Shown piece by piece: positions 24,457 through 37,293 of a stretch of DNA of 64,000 nt (positions are counted from its first letter, which is position 1; every line of letters starts with the position of its first letter). Both the position numbers and the translations under genes were made by a program. This DNA is from Gekko japonicus. Its lineage: Eukaryota. Location: the NCBI RefSeq assembly GCF_001447785.1, contig NW_015170278.1, positions 273,292 through 337,291 on the forward strand, written 5' to 3'. Under the pieces are notes generated by a model. It saw only the letters and a program-made list of their open reading frames with translations. It was not told the DNA's origin and ran no database searches.

Positions 24457-25384
24457 CTAGGAAAAAGGCCCGTTGTGGAAATAAATACAACAGCCTCTAG
24501 AAAGAGGCGGGTGCCCCAGCCTTGGACACTCAGTGTCATTTTGCTGTGGCGACCCCAGCAGGGTATAATGACACTGAGTCCACCATTTTCTCCAGAGGAA
24601 CTGATCTCTGCTACCTAAAGAACAGTTGTAATTTTGAGTGCTCTCCAGCCCTCACCTGGAGATTGACAATGATGGTTCCCCAGAAGGGAATGGTTGGTTT
24701 GGAGGGTGGAGTCTATGGCTCTGTACCTGTCCGAGGTCCCACGCCTCCTGAAACCTCACCCTCTCCAGGCTCCATCCCTCACATCTCCAGGAATTTCCCA
24801 CCTGAAGTTGGCAACCCTATCTCCTTCCCAGTCAATCATCAACCTACCTTTATTTTCCCCTCACTCTTCAGCTTTCCATCCCCCACACACCTGCAGCCTC
24901 TCCCGTGCTCTGAAGCCCTGACTGCTGCATCTCATTGGCTGTCATATGGGGGCTACCTCAGCAGCATATAAGGATACAGAGCCCACCATTTTCTCCAGGG
25001 GAACTGATCTCTGCCATCTGGAAAGCAGTTGTAATTCTGAGGGATCTCCAGCCCTCACCTGGAGATTGGACACATTTTACCTCAGAACAGCAAACTGTTT
25101 AGAATGTTAGAGGCAAAAGCCAATCAAGTTGCATATGCAAACGGCCTCTGTGTTCCGAGGCAAAGGCCAATGAGGCTGTATATGCAAATAACCTCTGTGT
25201 TCTGACTGGCTATGGGGGGAGAGGAACAGCAAACTGTTTAGAATGTTGGAGGCGAGACTCAAGCAATGCAGCCAGTGGATAGGGACAGATTCTGAGTGAC
25301 ACACCAGGGTGCCAACCAATTTCGGAGCGTGTGGAATGTTCTAGAGAAGTGCCACCACCATTCGGCTTTTATTTATAAGGGAGA
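24457..25384 (-). mobile_element. non-autonomous Helitron, copy 1
   Basis: The minus strand starts TC (tctcccttataaataaaagc) and ends with a subterminal hairpin plus CTAG. It sits between host A and T with no TSD and has the same boundaries as copy 2. Confidence 0.88.
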
Positions 25385-25578
25385 TGGTGTCACTGATCTA
25401 TGAAGGCATTCAACAGGATAAGAGATCAAGAATACTTATTTAATATTTATGTTGTGCTAACATAAAATTTGCAGGTGTGAAGTTAAACAGAAACTGTTAA
25501 AATCCAGAAATCTAATGAAAGTATATCCTACCTCCCCACCCATCTATCTTCTGCTTTTTTATTCCCTTTGATTTCTAG

Positions 25579-25658
25579 CGAAGTTTTCTGGGTTGTACAA
25601 CCTTTAAAGTAGGCGAGCTGGTGAAATCCAAGGAGCAACAGTTGAGTCTCAGCCTGAG
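25579..25658 (+). CDS. INPP4B: INPP4B coding exon (RSFLGCTTFKVGELVKSKEQQLSLSLR), 80 nt
   Basis: tttctag acceptor and gtagg donor. It matches human [27 protein letters not shown]. Confidence 0.96.
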
Positions 25659-26450
25659 GTAGGTTCTTTTTTCCCCTTGTGTTGATTACAAACTCTGTCA
25701 GATCAACAATCAATGCCATTTAAAGACTCAGTTGTATTTTGAAAGTCAAAATTGCTGTCATTTATCAGATGACCAGTTCATGTGCTAACATTATCAACAG
25801 TGCACAAAGCTAAAGAGTGCACAAAGAGTGTTTAAGACTATTTGGACCATTGTTAGCGGCAGTGCATTTCACTTTGTTTCTATCCCTCACTGGTCCAGTA
25901 TAGAAGTGATGCAGATGATCAGTAAGGCTGATGATTAGATGTGGTTAATACAGACGAACAAGCAGGGAACCATGAGAAACTCATAGGGAAATTCCCGCAC
26001 TGCCCTCCGACTTCTGACATCTACCCCAGGCCATCTTTCGATACCCTTTCCTCCTACTGCCACCTCCTTTTGCCATCTTTTTCCTTCCATACCCTACTTC
26101 TTCTCCCCCCTTACCCCCACAGACACCCCCACCTCCCTCTTGTCCTCCCATTGGCATCTATTTCCTTAGTCTGTTCTCTCCTTCTCGCCACTCTGAGCAC
26201 CCACCCTTCCTTTCAACTCCGCTTTGCCTGTCTTTCGGTCCACCCCCTTCATCAGCGCTCTGACTCAGAGATAACATCTCAGGTAGTATGTGGACCAGGG
26301 TGCTGCCTAATCATCCTTGATGTGCAGGGCCTGAGGAAGAACAGAGTGCTGCCTATGCTTCCGAGCTAATCTAAAAACTACCTGACTCTGCGTCAGCATT
26401 GAGGGCACTGAATATTTTTTCTTCATTGCCACAGTCGTCTAGTAGATGGA

Positions 26451-27356
26451 TAAGAACATAAGGAAGAGCCCTGCTGGATCAGACCAGTGGTCCATCTAAT
26501 CGAGCATTCTGTCTCACACAGTGGCCAGCCAGTTCCTCCGGATGGCCAACAACAGGGCACAGAGGCCAAGACCTTCCCCTGATGTCGCCTCCTGGTTCTG
26601 GGATTCATCGTCTTAGTGCCTCTGAATGTGGAGGTTGCCGTCAGTCACCATGACTAGTAGCTATTGATAGGTTTATCTTCCATGAATCTATCTAATCCCC
26701 TTTTAAAGTTGCTTATTCCTGTGGCCATCACTACATCCTCTGGCAGCAAATTTCACACTTTAATCACTCTCTGTGTAAAGCAGTATTTCCTTTTGACCAT
26801 CCTAAGCCTACTGCCTATCAGCTTCATTGGATGCCCTACAGTTCTAGTATTTTGGGAGAGGGAGAAAAATTTCTCTTTGTTAGCTTTCCAATTTCCCTAC
26901 CCCATACATAACTGTATAAACCTCTATCATGTCCCCCCTTAGTCGTCTCTTTTGTAAACTGAAAAGTCCCTGACCCCTCAGGCTTTCCTCAGAGGAGGTG
27001 CTCCAACCCCTAATAATCTTGGTTGCCCTCCTTCTCACTTTTTCCAGCTCAGCAATGTCCTTTGGAGATACGGTGACCAGAACTGCACACAGTATATCAA
27101 ATGAGGTCGCACCATAGATCTATACAGGGTAGTATAATATCGGACATTTTATTCTCAGTCCCTTTCCTAATAATTCCTAACACAAAGTTTGCCTTTTTCG
27201 CCACTGCAGCACACTGGGCTGACACATTTCACTGAGCTATTGACTATGACCACAAGATCTCCCCCTGCCCCCGTCTCAGCAAGTTCAGACCCCATTCGCC
27301 TATACTTGAAGTTGGGATTTTTTGTCCCAGTGTGTATCACCATACATTTACCAACT
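26451..27356 (-). mobile_element. CR1 LINE 3' portion
   Basis: CR1 tail (ATAAGAACATAAG on +) and ORF2 C-terminal motifs (KCMVIHTGTKNPNFKY). Confidence 0.9.
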
Positions 27357-29332
27357 TTGGTTCTAGGTGATAAGTGGCAGTCTGTGCCATAACCACCTAG
27401 AAACTGGACCTGCTTCCCCATGAATTTGTCACTTACTGTGCAAAATAAAATTGCATATATTTGGCTATACTTTAGAGCTGCTGACTAAAAACAATCAAAA
27501 TTTGAAGAGTTGGAGGCGCAGTCTTGTCGTGCTTTCTTTGAATGAATCTTTCAAGCTCATGTAACCTGACTGATGGAGAGATTAATACATTGGTAGTAAT
27601 AGTGCCAAAATTGGACCTCACTTTAATGTAACCAGGATAGGTATTGGTGTAATTAGCATGAGACTTCTACATGTGTAAATTGTCCAGAAAGAATCTGACA
27701 GAGCTGAACCAGCAGCCACTGGGGCCTTACTTTGCTTTAATTTCAAATAAATTTGCAGCTAAACATTTCATCAGTGTTTGTCTACTTCTTAGCCAAGAGA
27801 GTTGTTGGTACTAATAGACATATTCCATATTTTAAAGAAATATTAGTCTTCTGAGCTATGACATGAAATTGAACTGCTGAAGTCATACAGATTGAAAAGG
27901 CATTCAGACAGCCTGAAATATGAATCACATTTGGCATGCTTAATTGATGACAAGGTATTTGGAAATACTTGTAGAAAGTTTGCTTTGGTATATATTTCTG
28001 CATTCAGAAATACCAAGAATTAATATAGGAATCAGGGAGTTACCTTTCCTTGTAGATTAACCTAATTTGTTCAGTTTTATACTGATACTGCTTGTGACTT
28101 GCCACAATGAGGCAGATGGCTGTCAATTTCACTTCAAAAACTAGGCAAGTCTCCCAAAAAGTGAAAACCTTTGAGAAAGGCTATAATGTAATTATATAAT
28201 GTATAGCGCCCCTTCTTTTTGACCATTCTGTATTTTAGATATACACATCCATCTTAGATATATGTATTACGGTCCCAGGGAAAAATCACACAAGATGCAA
28301 CTATTGCATATAGTATTAGTAAGCATTAACTTGTCCTGCTGCAGCTAGCGAAAGATGATGTTTTGTATTCTGTTTATAATGCTTCTTAACACTGGTGTAT
28401 TTACTGTTGTAACAGAGAGCACTTTCTTTACTCTGAATAGTTGGGGGGATATCCATAGCAGGCACCTTAAAGATAATGAGATGTGGTGATATTTACTCAG
28501 GGCTGTATGGCATGAGAAACACAGAACAACAGTTGAAGTAAAGAAAGTAACGGTGTGGTGTGTTTATATGGTTTTTGTAGTATCCTTTGAACTAGAGAGG
28601 CCTTTTATTTCTGTTATTTAAAATGTACAAATTTATTAGAACTAATTTTGTAGAAAATGAAAAGTTGGAGATTAGCATTTAAGGTTCATTCTATGACAGG
28701 TTGTTGTTGAGTAGACTAGAATAAGTTAGTAGCTATTTAATCAATAATACTTTAAAGTTATTAAGTAGTATATATACTGAAGAATCCTAGATGAAAAATG
28801 TAATATCTATAGATGTTTCTAATATGTTCATTTATATTTTGGGAGTAAGCATTATTTTGTGGATTATTCTACTATTTTTCTAATCCACTAAAAATAAACC
28901 AGCTGATTAATTACATGCTTAAAATGATCAGAACTACCAGTCAGCAAAGGCCAATTTTAATTGATGAAGCTATGAATTAAGATCATGTTTCATTTTTGGA
29001 TTTATTTGGGGGCTGTTTTGGATTTGTTCTGTTGTTGTATGGTAAACATGACATATCTCACAATAATTCAGGTTTTGCTTATTAAATGGAAAGTTCCTAT
29101 ATAGATTTCCCCCCCTCAGTGTTCAAGGTAGTCTACAAAAATGCATATACTTAAAAGCATGTAAATACTTAAAAATCACATACATATACATATAGTAACT
29201 GATTAACTAACAGCAGATGAAATCACTGAAGCCTATAACTGTTACCCCCTTAAAGCCACCTGTATCCCTGTTATTCCTTTGTTTTCTCAAAAAGACGCCT
29301 GTATCAAGGATTTGGAAATGCAGATATGTTTT

Positions 29333-29432
29333 CATAGAATCACAGAGTTGGAAGGGACCATACAGGCCATTTAGTCCAACCCCCTGCTCAATGCAGGAGC
29401 AGCCTAGAGCATCCCTGACAAGCATTTGTCTA
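29333..29432 (-). mobile_element. short CR1 3'-end fragment
   Basis: catagaatcacagagttggaagggacc..tagtccaaccccctgctc is a typical CR1 3' end in reverse. Confidence 0.7.
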
Positions 29433-30179
29433 GGGTTGCTGGTACAATGTGGATCATTTTATATACTTGTCAGTTTTCAGACTCCTGCAATGTGGTGCCC
29501 TCTATACTGTGAGCCATTTTAAACATGGAGATTTCACTGCAGGGAACAGCTCTGCAGACTGCTTGCTGTCTGTGCTTTAAGAAAACATCTGTTTTTGTTA
29601 CTCAGAGTTACATTGGTAGTGTTTTTTTTAAATGAATGCATTACTTCTGATGCCACATTGTCCAATTTACAGTTAAGAGGCTTATCAGCCAAGAAATTAC
29701 AATAAGTGCTGTTTCAGTGGTTCATGTTAGCTGCACTGGTGTAGAACAAAAGGGAAGGGTCCAAATAAACTACATCTTTATGCAGTTCACAGGGTTTTTG
29801 TTTTTTTGCAATTCCACCATTGATAACAAGCAATAACTTTTTGAGAGTGCAATTTTAGAAAATGTATTTCTAAATGTAGATGTTCTAAAAGCATCCAAAC
29901 CCTTGGATATACTGTATATTCATTTATGAAATTTGTGAAAATGCTCTCTAAACGCACCCACAAGGTAGTGTTGTGCTACTTTGAAGCAAGGAATAGGATG
30001 GAGATGATGAGCCGTTCTTGTCTGTTGTTAGGGAAGTTGGCAATCGTAGTTTTCATCATTTGCGAATAAGCATTTTGTCCTGTGGTGGTATTAAGACCAA
30101 AGGGCACAGGTTTAATTCAAGACACAGCCACGCAAACAGAAAATAAAATTCCACATTTACCCCCCTGCGTTTTTTTCAG

Positions 30180-30291
30180 AAGCTCTGATGGTGGAAAGAC
30201 AGTTGGCACTATAGACGTCAGCCTTGTGAAGATGGGGCAGACAGAGGATGGGGAGTCAGATCACAATGCAGCAGATGTGCAGGGACAAAAG
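30180..30291 (+). CDS. INPP4B: INPP4B coding exon ([37 protein letters not shown]), 112 nt
   Basis: ttttttcag acceptor and gtagg donor, phase-consistent with the flanking exons. It matches human [37 protein letters not shown]. Confidence 0.97.
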
Positions 30292-30774
30292 GTAGGAACC
30301 TGGCTCAGTGCACAAATTAAATTAGGATGATCAGAAATGCCAGATGCCTATATTACTATAGTCACGGTGGGATCTAAGTTTGCATTTAAAAAAATAAGAA
30401 TTAGCCCTCTGTAGAATAAAGTACAACGTGCATGCTCAGCTCTCTAATCTAAAAATATATATATCCAGGGATAAAAGATAATTCTGTTGCATTTAATTTG
30501 TGTTTTGCCAGAAATAAAGTATTAATTTTACCATCAAGTGTCCTTTCCTCAGAACTGTCTATGTGGACACCTGCCCTGTGTCCCCTCTCCCCAAGTCCTA
30601 TTCAGTTTTGAAAGGGAACTTTGAATATCACTTTTCAAAGGAAGGATTATAGATTAGCATCTAATTGATACGTATTCATCTGAAAGTATAAGTTCAGATG
30701 TATTGATTTCAACCTGGAAAAGCTGTGTGTTGCATATGGGGGGGGCGGGAGGAAGCGTATGGCACAGAAACAGC

Positions 30775-30937
30775 AGCCCTAATAGCCTGGGCTAGCCTGA
30801 TCTGTCAGAACTTGGAAGCTAAGCAGGGTCAGTACTTGTATGGGAGACCACCAAGGAAGAGGAAGGCAGTGGCAAGCCACCTTTGCTCATCTGTTGTCTT
30901 GGGTCACCATGAGTTGGTTGCGACTTGACAGCACACT
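30775..30937 (+). mobile_element. 5S-headed SINE with RTE tail (degenerate)
   Basis: GGAAGCTAAGCAGGGTCAGTACTTGTATGGGAGACC head and GGGTCACCATGAGTTGGTTGCGACTTGACAGCAC tail. Confidence 0.75.
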
Positions 30938-33426
30938 ATACCTTTACGGCACTGAAACAGCCAAGCCTGAAGATCCCACTCTGTGCAGTGGGCCTTAACT
31001 TGCTTCAATATGTGTTCCATTTTTAAAAGTGGCATTTCTACACACTGCCCCAGTGCTTGTATTTCATTATATGAAAAGTTGGAGAAAGGATCAAACTGAT
31101 TTTGCCCGAGAGATTTTTTTTTCGTGATGGTCATGTTGCCAGAGTGATAAGTTGCTCAGTTCACATTTGCAACAGCAATTCCATGTGGCAGAGGGTAATC
31201 CTTTTTTTATCCTTTAGCCATGCTTTCTCTTTCACACCAGATGTAGATGGCACACACATACACACACCTGCTGCTGTCATGCGGTTGCCCACATTTTTTA
31301 AAAATGGGGTGTATGCATAGCTCTGCTCAAGAATAATACAGTACTACACCGTTAAAAAAACCCTGTGCATTTGGGTAGTGCTCCTGAGGAACACAATACT
31401 TGATTCCCGGAGTCATGCTAATTACTTGAAAGGTACTGGGTATCCCATAGTGGTCATCTACATCAAATAGACTAATTGGTCTCCTACTGCTTGGGGGAAG
31501 GGGAGGAGAGCACTTCAAGAACTTTTCAAATGCTAATCAAGAGAGCAGAGAAAAAACACTTGCCCCTTGCATTGTCTTAATATATTAACAACTTTATAAA
31601 ATTGCCTTGTCCCCCTTCCCATTTAAAAAAAATCTCAATTTTGTTGGTGTCAGCAAGGATACCCAAACAGCTCATACTGAAAATGCAGAGGAAGGGGGAA
31701 AAGGGCTGTTCGGTTTAACAGAAGGAGTAGCTTGCCTTCTGGACATGTGAAAAGGATCATCCCAACAATGTTGTGCCAGGAAAGATAGGTTTTCTTCAGT
31801 TTTTTTTTTAAAAAGCAGAGAAAATAACAGGTTGTTTGTGATTTGAACAGGAATGAAGGATGTCATGTGTTTGGGAGAAATAAAACATGTTACTTGATTT
31901 TTAAAAAGTCTCCATGATTGATTGTATAGTAAGAACTTTACAGAGAAGCATTCTATCTCTTTCGCACACACAAACTCACAAATGAATTATTAGCTCCCAT
32001 CTTCCTAGTGTTCCTGGCTTGAAACAACAGAATGTGAGACACATATATAGGTAGAAGTGTTACACTTTTAAGTTGCTTGAACAGTTTGTTAAAGGAAATC
32101 ACAGCATAAAGCCCAACATGTTGATGTACAGGATATATGTTCACTACATAAGATAAGCTACTTTTTTGTGTCACGGACATTTCAATATTTGAATAAAAAA
32201 GAGAATGGGAAGTATGGAATGGAAATTAACCTTCTTCCCCCCCCCCCAAAAAAAAATAATTGTGCACAAATGAAATACCACTGTTTTTACAGTGCACTAT
32301 TGTAGCCTTTCTCATTAGAAGGCTCTACTTTAGCTGCTTTGAATCAGGGCGGATTTCTGGCTCCCCTCATACACCTTGTGTGGGACTCCTTCTTGCAACC
32401 CTATCTACCTCTTCCCTGCTCATGATGACAGCAGTATTCTTCTACCTGGTCACTGCCTACCCTGGATGAGGCAGAGAAACTGTGTTGCCACTTAAGGGCA
32501 GAGGCCATGCAGCTAGCAGACCTGCTTATCCACCCATCCTTTTCATATCCCTGTTCATGAGAGGACAGGGTGACCAGGTCTACCGCTATCAGGGCTTTTT
32601 GTGTGTGGGAGAGATGTTAGAACTCTCAAGAGGGAAATGAAGTTTTCAGTCTGTATACTGAAAACGCATGAAGTTTTAAACATTTTTAAAAGAATGTTGT
32701 CAAAGAGGTTACGGAACTCCATTCTGGCACGTTCCCCCAGGGAAAAAAACCCTGACTGCTATAGTGAGGGATCTCACACCCCTGGCCCCACCTCTCCCTT
32801 TGCTGCTCGGTGAAGGAGTGGGAGCAAATTTGGGGGAAGAACAGGTATTGTGCAGATGCTGTGGCATCACTTCTGGCATGAACCTGGAAGTGATATCACT
32901 ACATAAGGCAATGCTCTAGGATTCATCCAAAACTCTATGGTAAAACCATAGTGCAGTGCTGCATTTGTTATTTCCCACCCCCAGTCTCCCCCCAGTTACC
33001 AGCATTCAGCTGGCAAGCCTATGAGAGGAGGAGACATGACAGAATTGGAAACTGTATCCTTGGTGCTTTCAGGCAATGGAGGCATTGGGCCCTCAGCAGC
33101 TGCCCAGGCCTGCTCTGATTTCTCCTGAGTTTGGTTTGTGTGGGGCAGATGGGTAACATCAGTTCAGAAAATAGTTTGCAATAACTATCTGCTAGATATT
33201 GCATGTAAAGTTTCCTATGCTCCGGTGTTTCTTATTTAATGTAACAGAACAAATATTATCACTTACTGATGAAACTGATTACCGTGATATGCTGAAGAAA
33301 TCAAGGAAAGTTTGTATATACCAATATACTTTTAAAGTACTAGTTATGCACCTCTTTTATGATTCTGTTAGATTTCATATGGTGAATCTCCCTTCACATT
33401 CAAAATCTTTAACTTTTGTTTTACAG

Positions 33427-33499
33427 TGTGCCTTGGTTTATGAGTGTACATCTCCTGAAAGCAACAGTAGTAAAGACAATTTACCTTTATTAAATGCAG
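33427..33499 (+). CDS. INPP4B: INPP4B coding exon (CALVYECTSPESNSSKDNLPLLNA), 73 nt
   Basis: ttttacag acceptor and gtatgt donor. It matches human CALVCECTAPESVSGKDNLPFLNS. Confidence 0.96.
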
Positions 33500-34054
33500 G
33501 TATGTGTTCTATATCTGTAATGATGGCAGTGATTAAAGGTTAAAGTTGTACTGTATTTAATTAATTAGTGGAAGAGCCAGTACCATGCTGTTATGATTTC
33601 TAACAAGAATCTATCTACATTAATGAATGATTGACCAGAATGGCAAAACTAGACTATACCCCATCCCCAAGTCCACCATTTTAAAGGTTTTTTAAAAAAC
33701 TTTTCAAAATCCCATGGGGCCCCAATCCTGCTGGCAACAATAGCACCAGGGATGAGGGGCTTCTGTCCCCTCCCAACACACCATTCTCAAGAGCTCATAA
33801 AATCCTTGTGGTGAACTTGAGGAAATTGGTTCATCTGATTTGACCTTTATGTAACCAACCTGCATTATGTTGCTTAGCTGTCTCTTACTGAATCATTGTC
33901 CCGCTTGGAAATGTATTAATTCTGACAATATTTGATAAATTAAGATTTGTTATAGCAGTGCAGATCCCTTATGTAATTTGTGCTTTATCTGGATGATCAG
34001 ATACTTCCATTTCTCACTGATGATGCTTTGCCTATAATCTGTATTATAGTCATA

Positions 34055-34989
34055 CTAGGAAAAAGGCCCGTTGTGGAAATAAATACAACAGCCTCTAGAA
34101 AGAGGCTCTGGGCGGGTGCCCCAGCCTTGGACACTCAGTGTCATTTTGCTGTGGCGACCCCAGCAGGGTATAATGACACTGAGTCCACCATTTTCTCCAG
34201 AGGAACTGATCTCTGCTACCTAAAGAACAGTTGTAATTCTGAGTGCTCTCCAGCCCTCACCTGGAGATTGGCAATGATGGTTCCCCAGAAGGGAATGGTT
34301 GGTTTGGAGGGTGGAGTCTATGGCTTTGTACCTGTCCGAGGTCCCACGCCTCCTGAAACCTCACCCTCTTCAGGCTCCATCCCTCACATCTCCAGGAATT
34401 TCCCACCTGGAGTTGGCAACCCTATCTCCTTCCCAGCCAATCATCAACCTACCTTTATTTCCCCCTCACTCTTCAGCTTTCCACCCCCCACACACCTGCA
34501 GCCTCTCCCATGCTCTGAAGCCCTGACTGCTACGTCACATTGGCTGTCATATGGGGGCTACCTCAGCAGTATATAAGGATACAGAGCCCACCATTTTTTC
34601 CAGGGGAACTGATCTCTGCCATCTGGAAAGCAGTTGTAATTCTGAGGGATCTCCAGCCCTCACCTGGAGATGGACACATTTTACCTCAGGACAGCAAGCT
34701 GTTTAGAATGTTAGAGGCAAAAGCCAATCAAGTCACATATGCCAATGACCTCTGTGTTCCGAGGCAAAGGCCAATGAGGCTGCATATGCAAATAACCTCT
34801 GTGTTCTGACTGGCTATGGGGGGGGGAGGAACAGCAAAATGTTTAGAATGTTGGAGGCAGGACTCAGGCAAAGCAGCCAGTGGATAGGGAGACCCTCTGA
34901 ATGACAGATCAAAGAGCGAACTGATTTTTGAGTGTGTGGAATTTTCTAGAGAAGTGCCACCACCATTCAGCTTTTATTTATAAGAGAGA
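34055..34989 (-). mobile_element. non-autonomous Helitron, copy 2
   Basis: Near-identical to 24457-25384. It has the A|TC...hairpin-CTAG|T structure on the minus strand and unrelated flanks. Confidence 0.88.
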
Positions 34990-35732
34990 TGATCAGGCAT
35001 GGATTTCTAAAGAGGATATGTACATGTTTGCTCTCTCACAGTTTTATGATATTTGTACTCTGTATTTCAATACCTTGAGTTTGTTTATTGCATTCTTGCA
35101 GTGCTAGAAAAAGAACAGGGGGGATCCCCCCTGTGAATGATAAAATCTCTAAAGCTAGAGACCTATTGGCATTCAGCTTGAATATTCTTCTTAATATATG
35201 GAGCTCAAGTCCCAAGTGAGTTATGAAGTACTTTGAGTGAGTAGGAATGAAGAATGAATGGCTAATTGATAGATGTTCATCACTGTTCCATTTTTATCTC
35301 AAGAGATTTGAGGTTTATTGCTATTCATATATCAATTGGAACCTTAAAATTAAAATAATTTCTCTTCTCTACAAGTGTTTTATTAAAAGGTGATCTTTTT
35401 CCAGGAAGGTTCCAGGAAGTTCTGTGGCCACATTAAAGGAAATGAAGGCCCTCTGCTTGTCTGTATTTTGCCCCGTTTCTGCTCATTCCCAGAAGACTGT
35501 TGTCTCTGTTATTCCTCACCAGAAAGCTTTATACATCAAATACATGCAGTAGACACAGTGAACCCAGACACTGATGCAGATCACAGTAGTTCCAGATTAC
35601 CTTTTTCTATACAAAGTCATCACATAAAGCAAGCACACTGAAGCTAAAGATGGGCAACACTTTCACACAGTTAAAAGTGCTTAGATAAAAGCCTTGCTTC
35701 CTATGGTTTGTATACCTAGTATCTCTGCCCCC

Positions 35733-36228
35733 ACTGTGGCTTCCTTGATTGAGTCAATCCATCTCATGTTGGGTCTTCCTCTTTTCCTTCTGCCTTCACC
35801 TTTTCCTAGCATCATTGTCTTTTCCAGTGACTCTTGTCTTCTCATCATGTGACCAAAGTACGATGGCCTCAGTTTAGTTATTTGCGTTTCTAAGGAGAGT
35901 TCAAGCTTGATTTGACCTATAAACCACTTCTTTGTCTTTTTGGTGCCCCATGGTATCCATAAAACTCTTCTCTGACGCCACATTTCAACTTTCTTCCTAT
36001 CAGCTGTCTTCATTGTCCAGCTTTCACAGCCATACATACTAATGAGAAAATACCATGGCTTGTATTAACTTGGTCACCAGCAAAAAATCCTTATACTTAA
36101 GAATCTTTTCAAGCTCCTTCATGGCTGCCCTTCTCAGTCTCAATCGCCTTCTGATTTCTTGGTTGCAGTTTCCCTTGTGATTGGTGATGAAGCCAAGGAA
36201 TAGAAAATCTTGAACAATTTGATACATT
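35733..36228 (-). mobile_element. degraded RTE/BovB-like LINE fragment
   Basis: ORFs 35681-36037 and 36039-36227 carry MYGCESWT, YFGHMMRR.ESLEKTMMLGK.EG.RKRGRP..RWID and EIRRRL. Confidence 0.9.
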
Positions 36229-37161
36229 GCAAAATGTTGCTCTTATAGAACATGAGGGGTTCTGAAGTCTCTNNNNNNNNNNNNNNNNNNNNNNNNNNNN
36301 NNNNNNNNNNNNNNCTATATATGAAACATTCTTAATAGAATCTACAATTAAGGTCTTCAAACCATGGGCACAGAGTGGGTTTTAAGTTTGTTTAGACTAG
36401 TGTCCTATGTATGATAGCCATTCTTTTTAAAAAAAGTATGCAGTGTATAATGCAACTGTTAGTAGTCCAGGAATAGTCCTAGGTACTGGGTGCTGGCATT
36501 TCTGTCTTCTTTGTTTTCCCTGTGCAGCCTCTTTACCAGTCTGTCTGTCTGGCTTACTATCTAATCAACATTTGGGTTTTCTTCCTCTGCCTTTTTCTTA
36601 AATGGTCAGTTATGCTTTCCTGCCATTTTATTCCTTGCTGTTGATTTTACCAGTATTAGGGTGATCTTAACTACTTCTGGTTTGGGGTTGGGTGAGGGGG
36701 AATTCCCATGGTTGCTATTGCCTTTCTCTTGAAATGGAGCCAGTTCAGCAGAACAAAGGACTTTGCTGAAGCCTGGAATGGTAATATTGGTTCCAGGTAC
36801 ATAGATGCATGAAAACCAGTTTAAACCTAATGACTTGAATTGATATCTGTCATTTTAATTGATAGGTTATGGTTAGCCGTGTAGTAATAGTCATTGTTAT
36901 AAATAAAGGTACTTTTTGTAGTTAGTTTGCAAATTAAATGTACTTCAATTTGAGGACTATATGTAGGTGAATTGATTTTCTATTTCCGACAGTGTTGATT
37001 CATTCCATCTCATTATACTTCTCAAGTGAGTTGATGAACTGTGTAGCAAGACAGGTCATGCTGCAATTCCAGATTACCCTTACTACTTCCAACAAGGTGC
37101 TGCTTGGCTAGAAACCAACAAAACCTTTCAGTATGCAGTCATATCTATTACTGAATGGTGC

Positions 37162-37293
37162 NNNNNNNNNNNNNNNNNNNNNNNNNNNNNNNNNNNNNNN
37201 NNNNNNNNNNNNNNNNNNNNNNNNNNNNNNNNNNNNNNNNNNNNNNNNNNNNNNNNNNNNNNNNNNNNNNNNNNNNNNNNNNNNNNNNNNNNN
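37162..37293. other. assembly gap (others at 36273-36314 and 45662-45673)
   Basis: Runs of N. Confidence 1.

Noticed and set aside
33980-34576. 198-aa ORF and its 149-aa twin at 24522-24971 as a duplicated gene
   Set aside because: Both lie in the Helitron copies, are made of MITE sequence, start at non-ATG codons and have no recognisable domain.
24457-34989. The two ~930 bp repeats as LTRs of one retrotransposon
   Set aside because: There are no TG...CA ends, TSD, PBS or gag/pol, and the intervening DNA contains host INPP4B exons.
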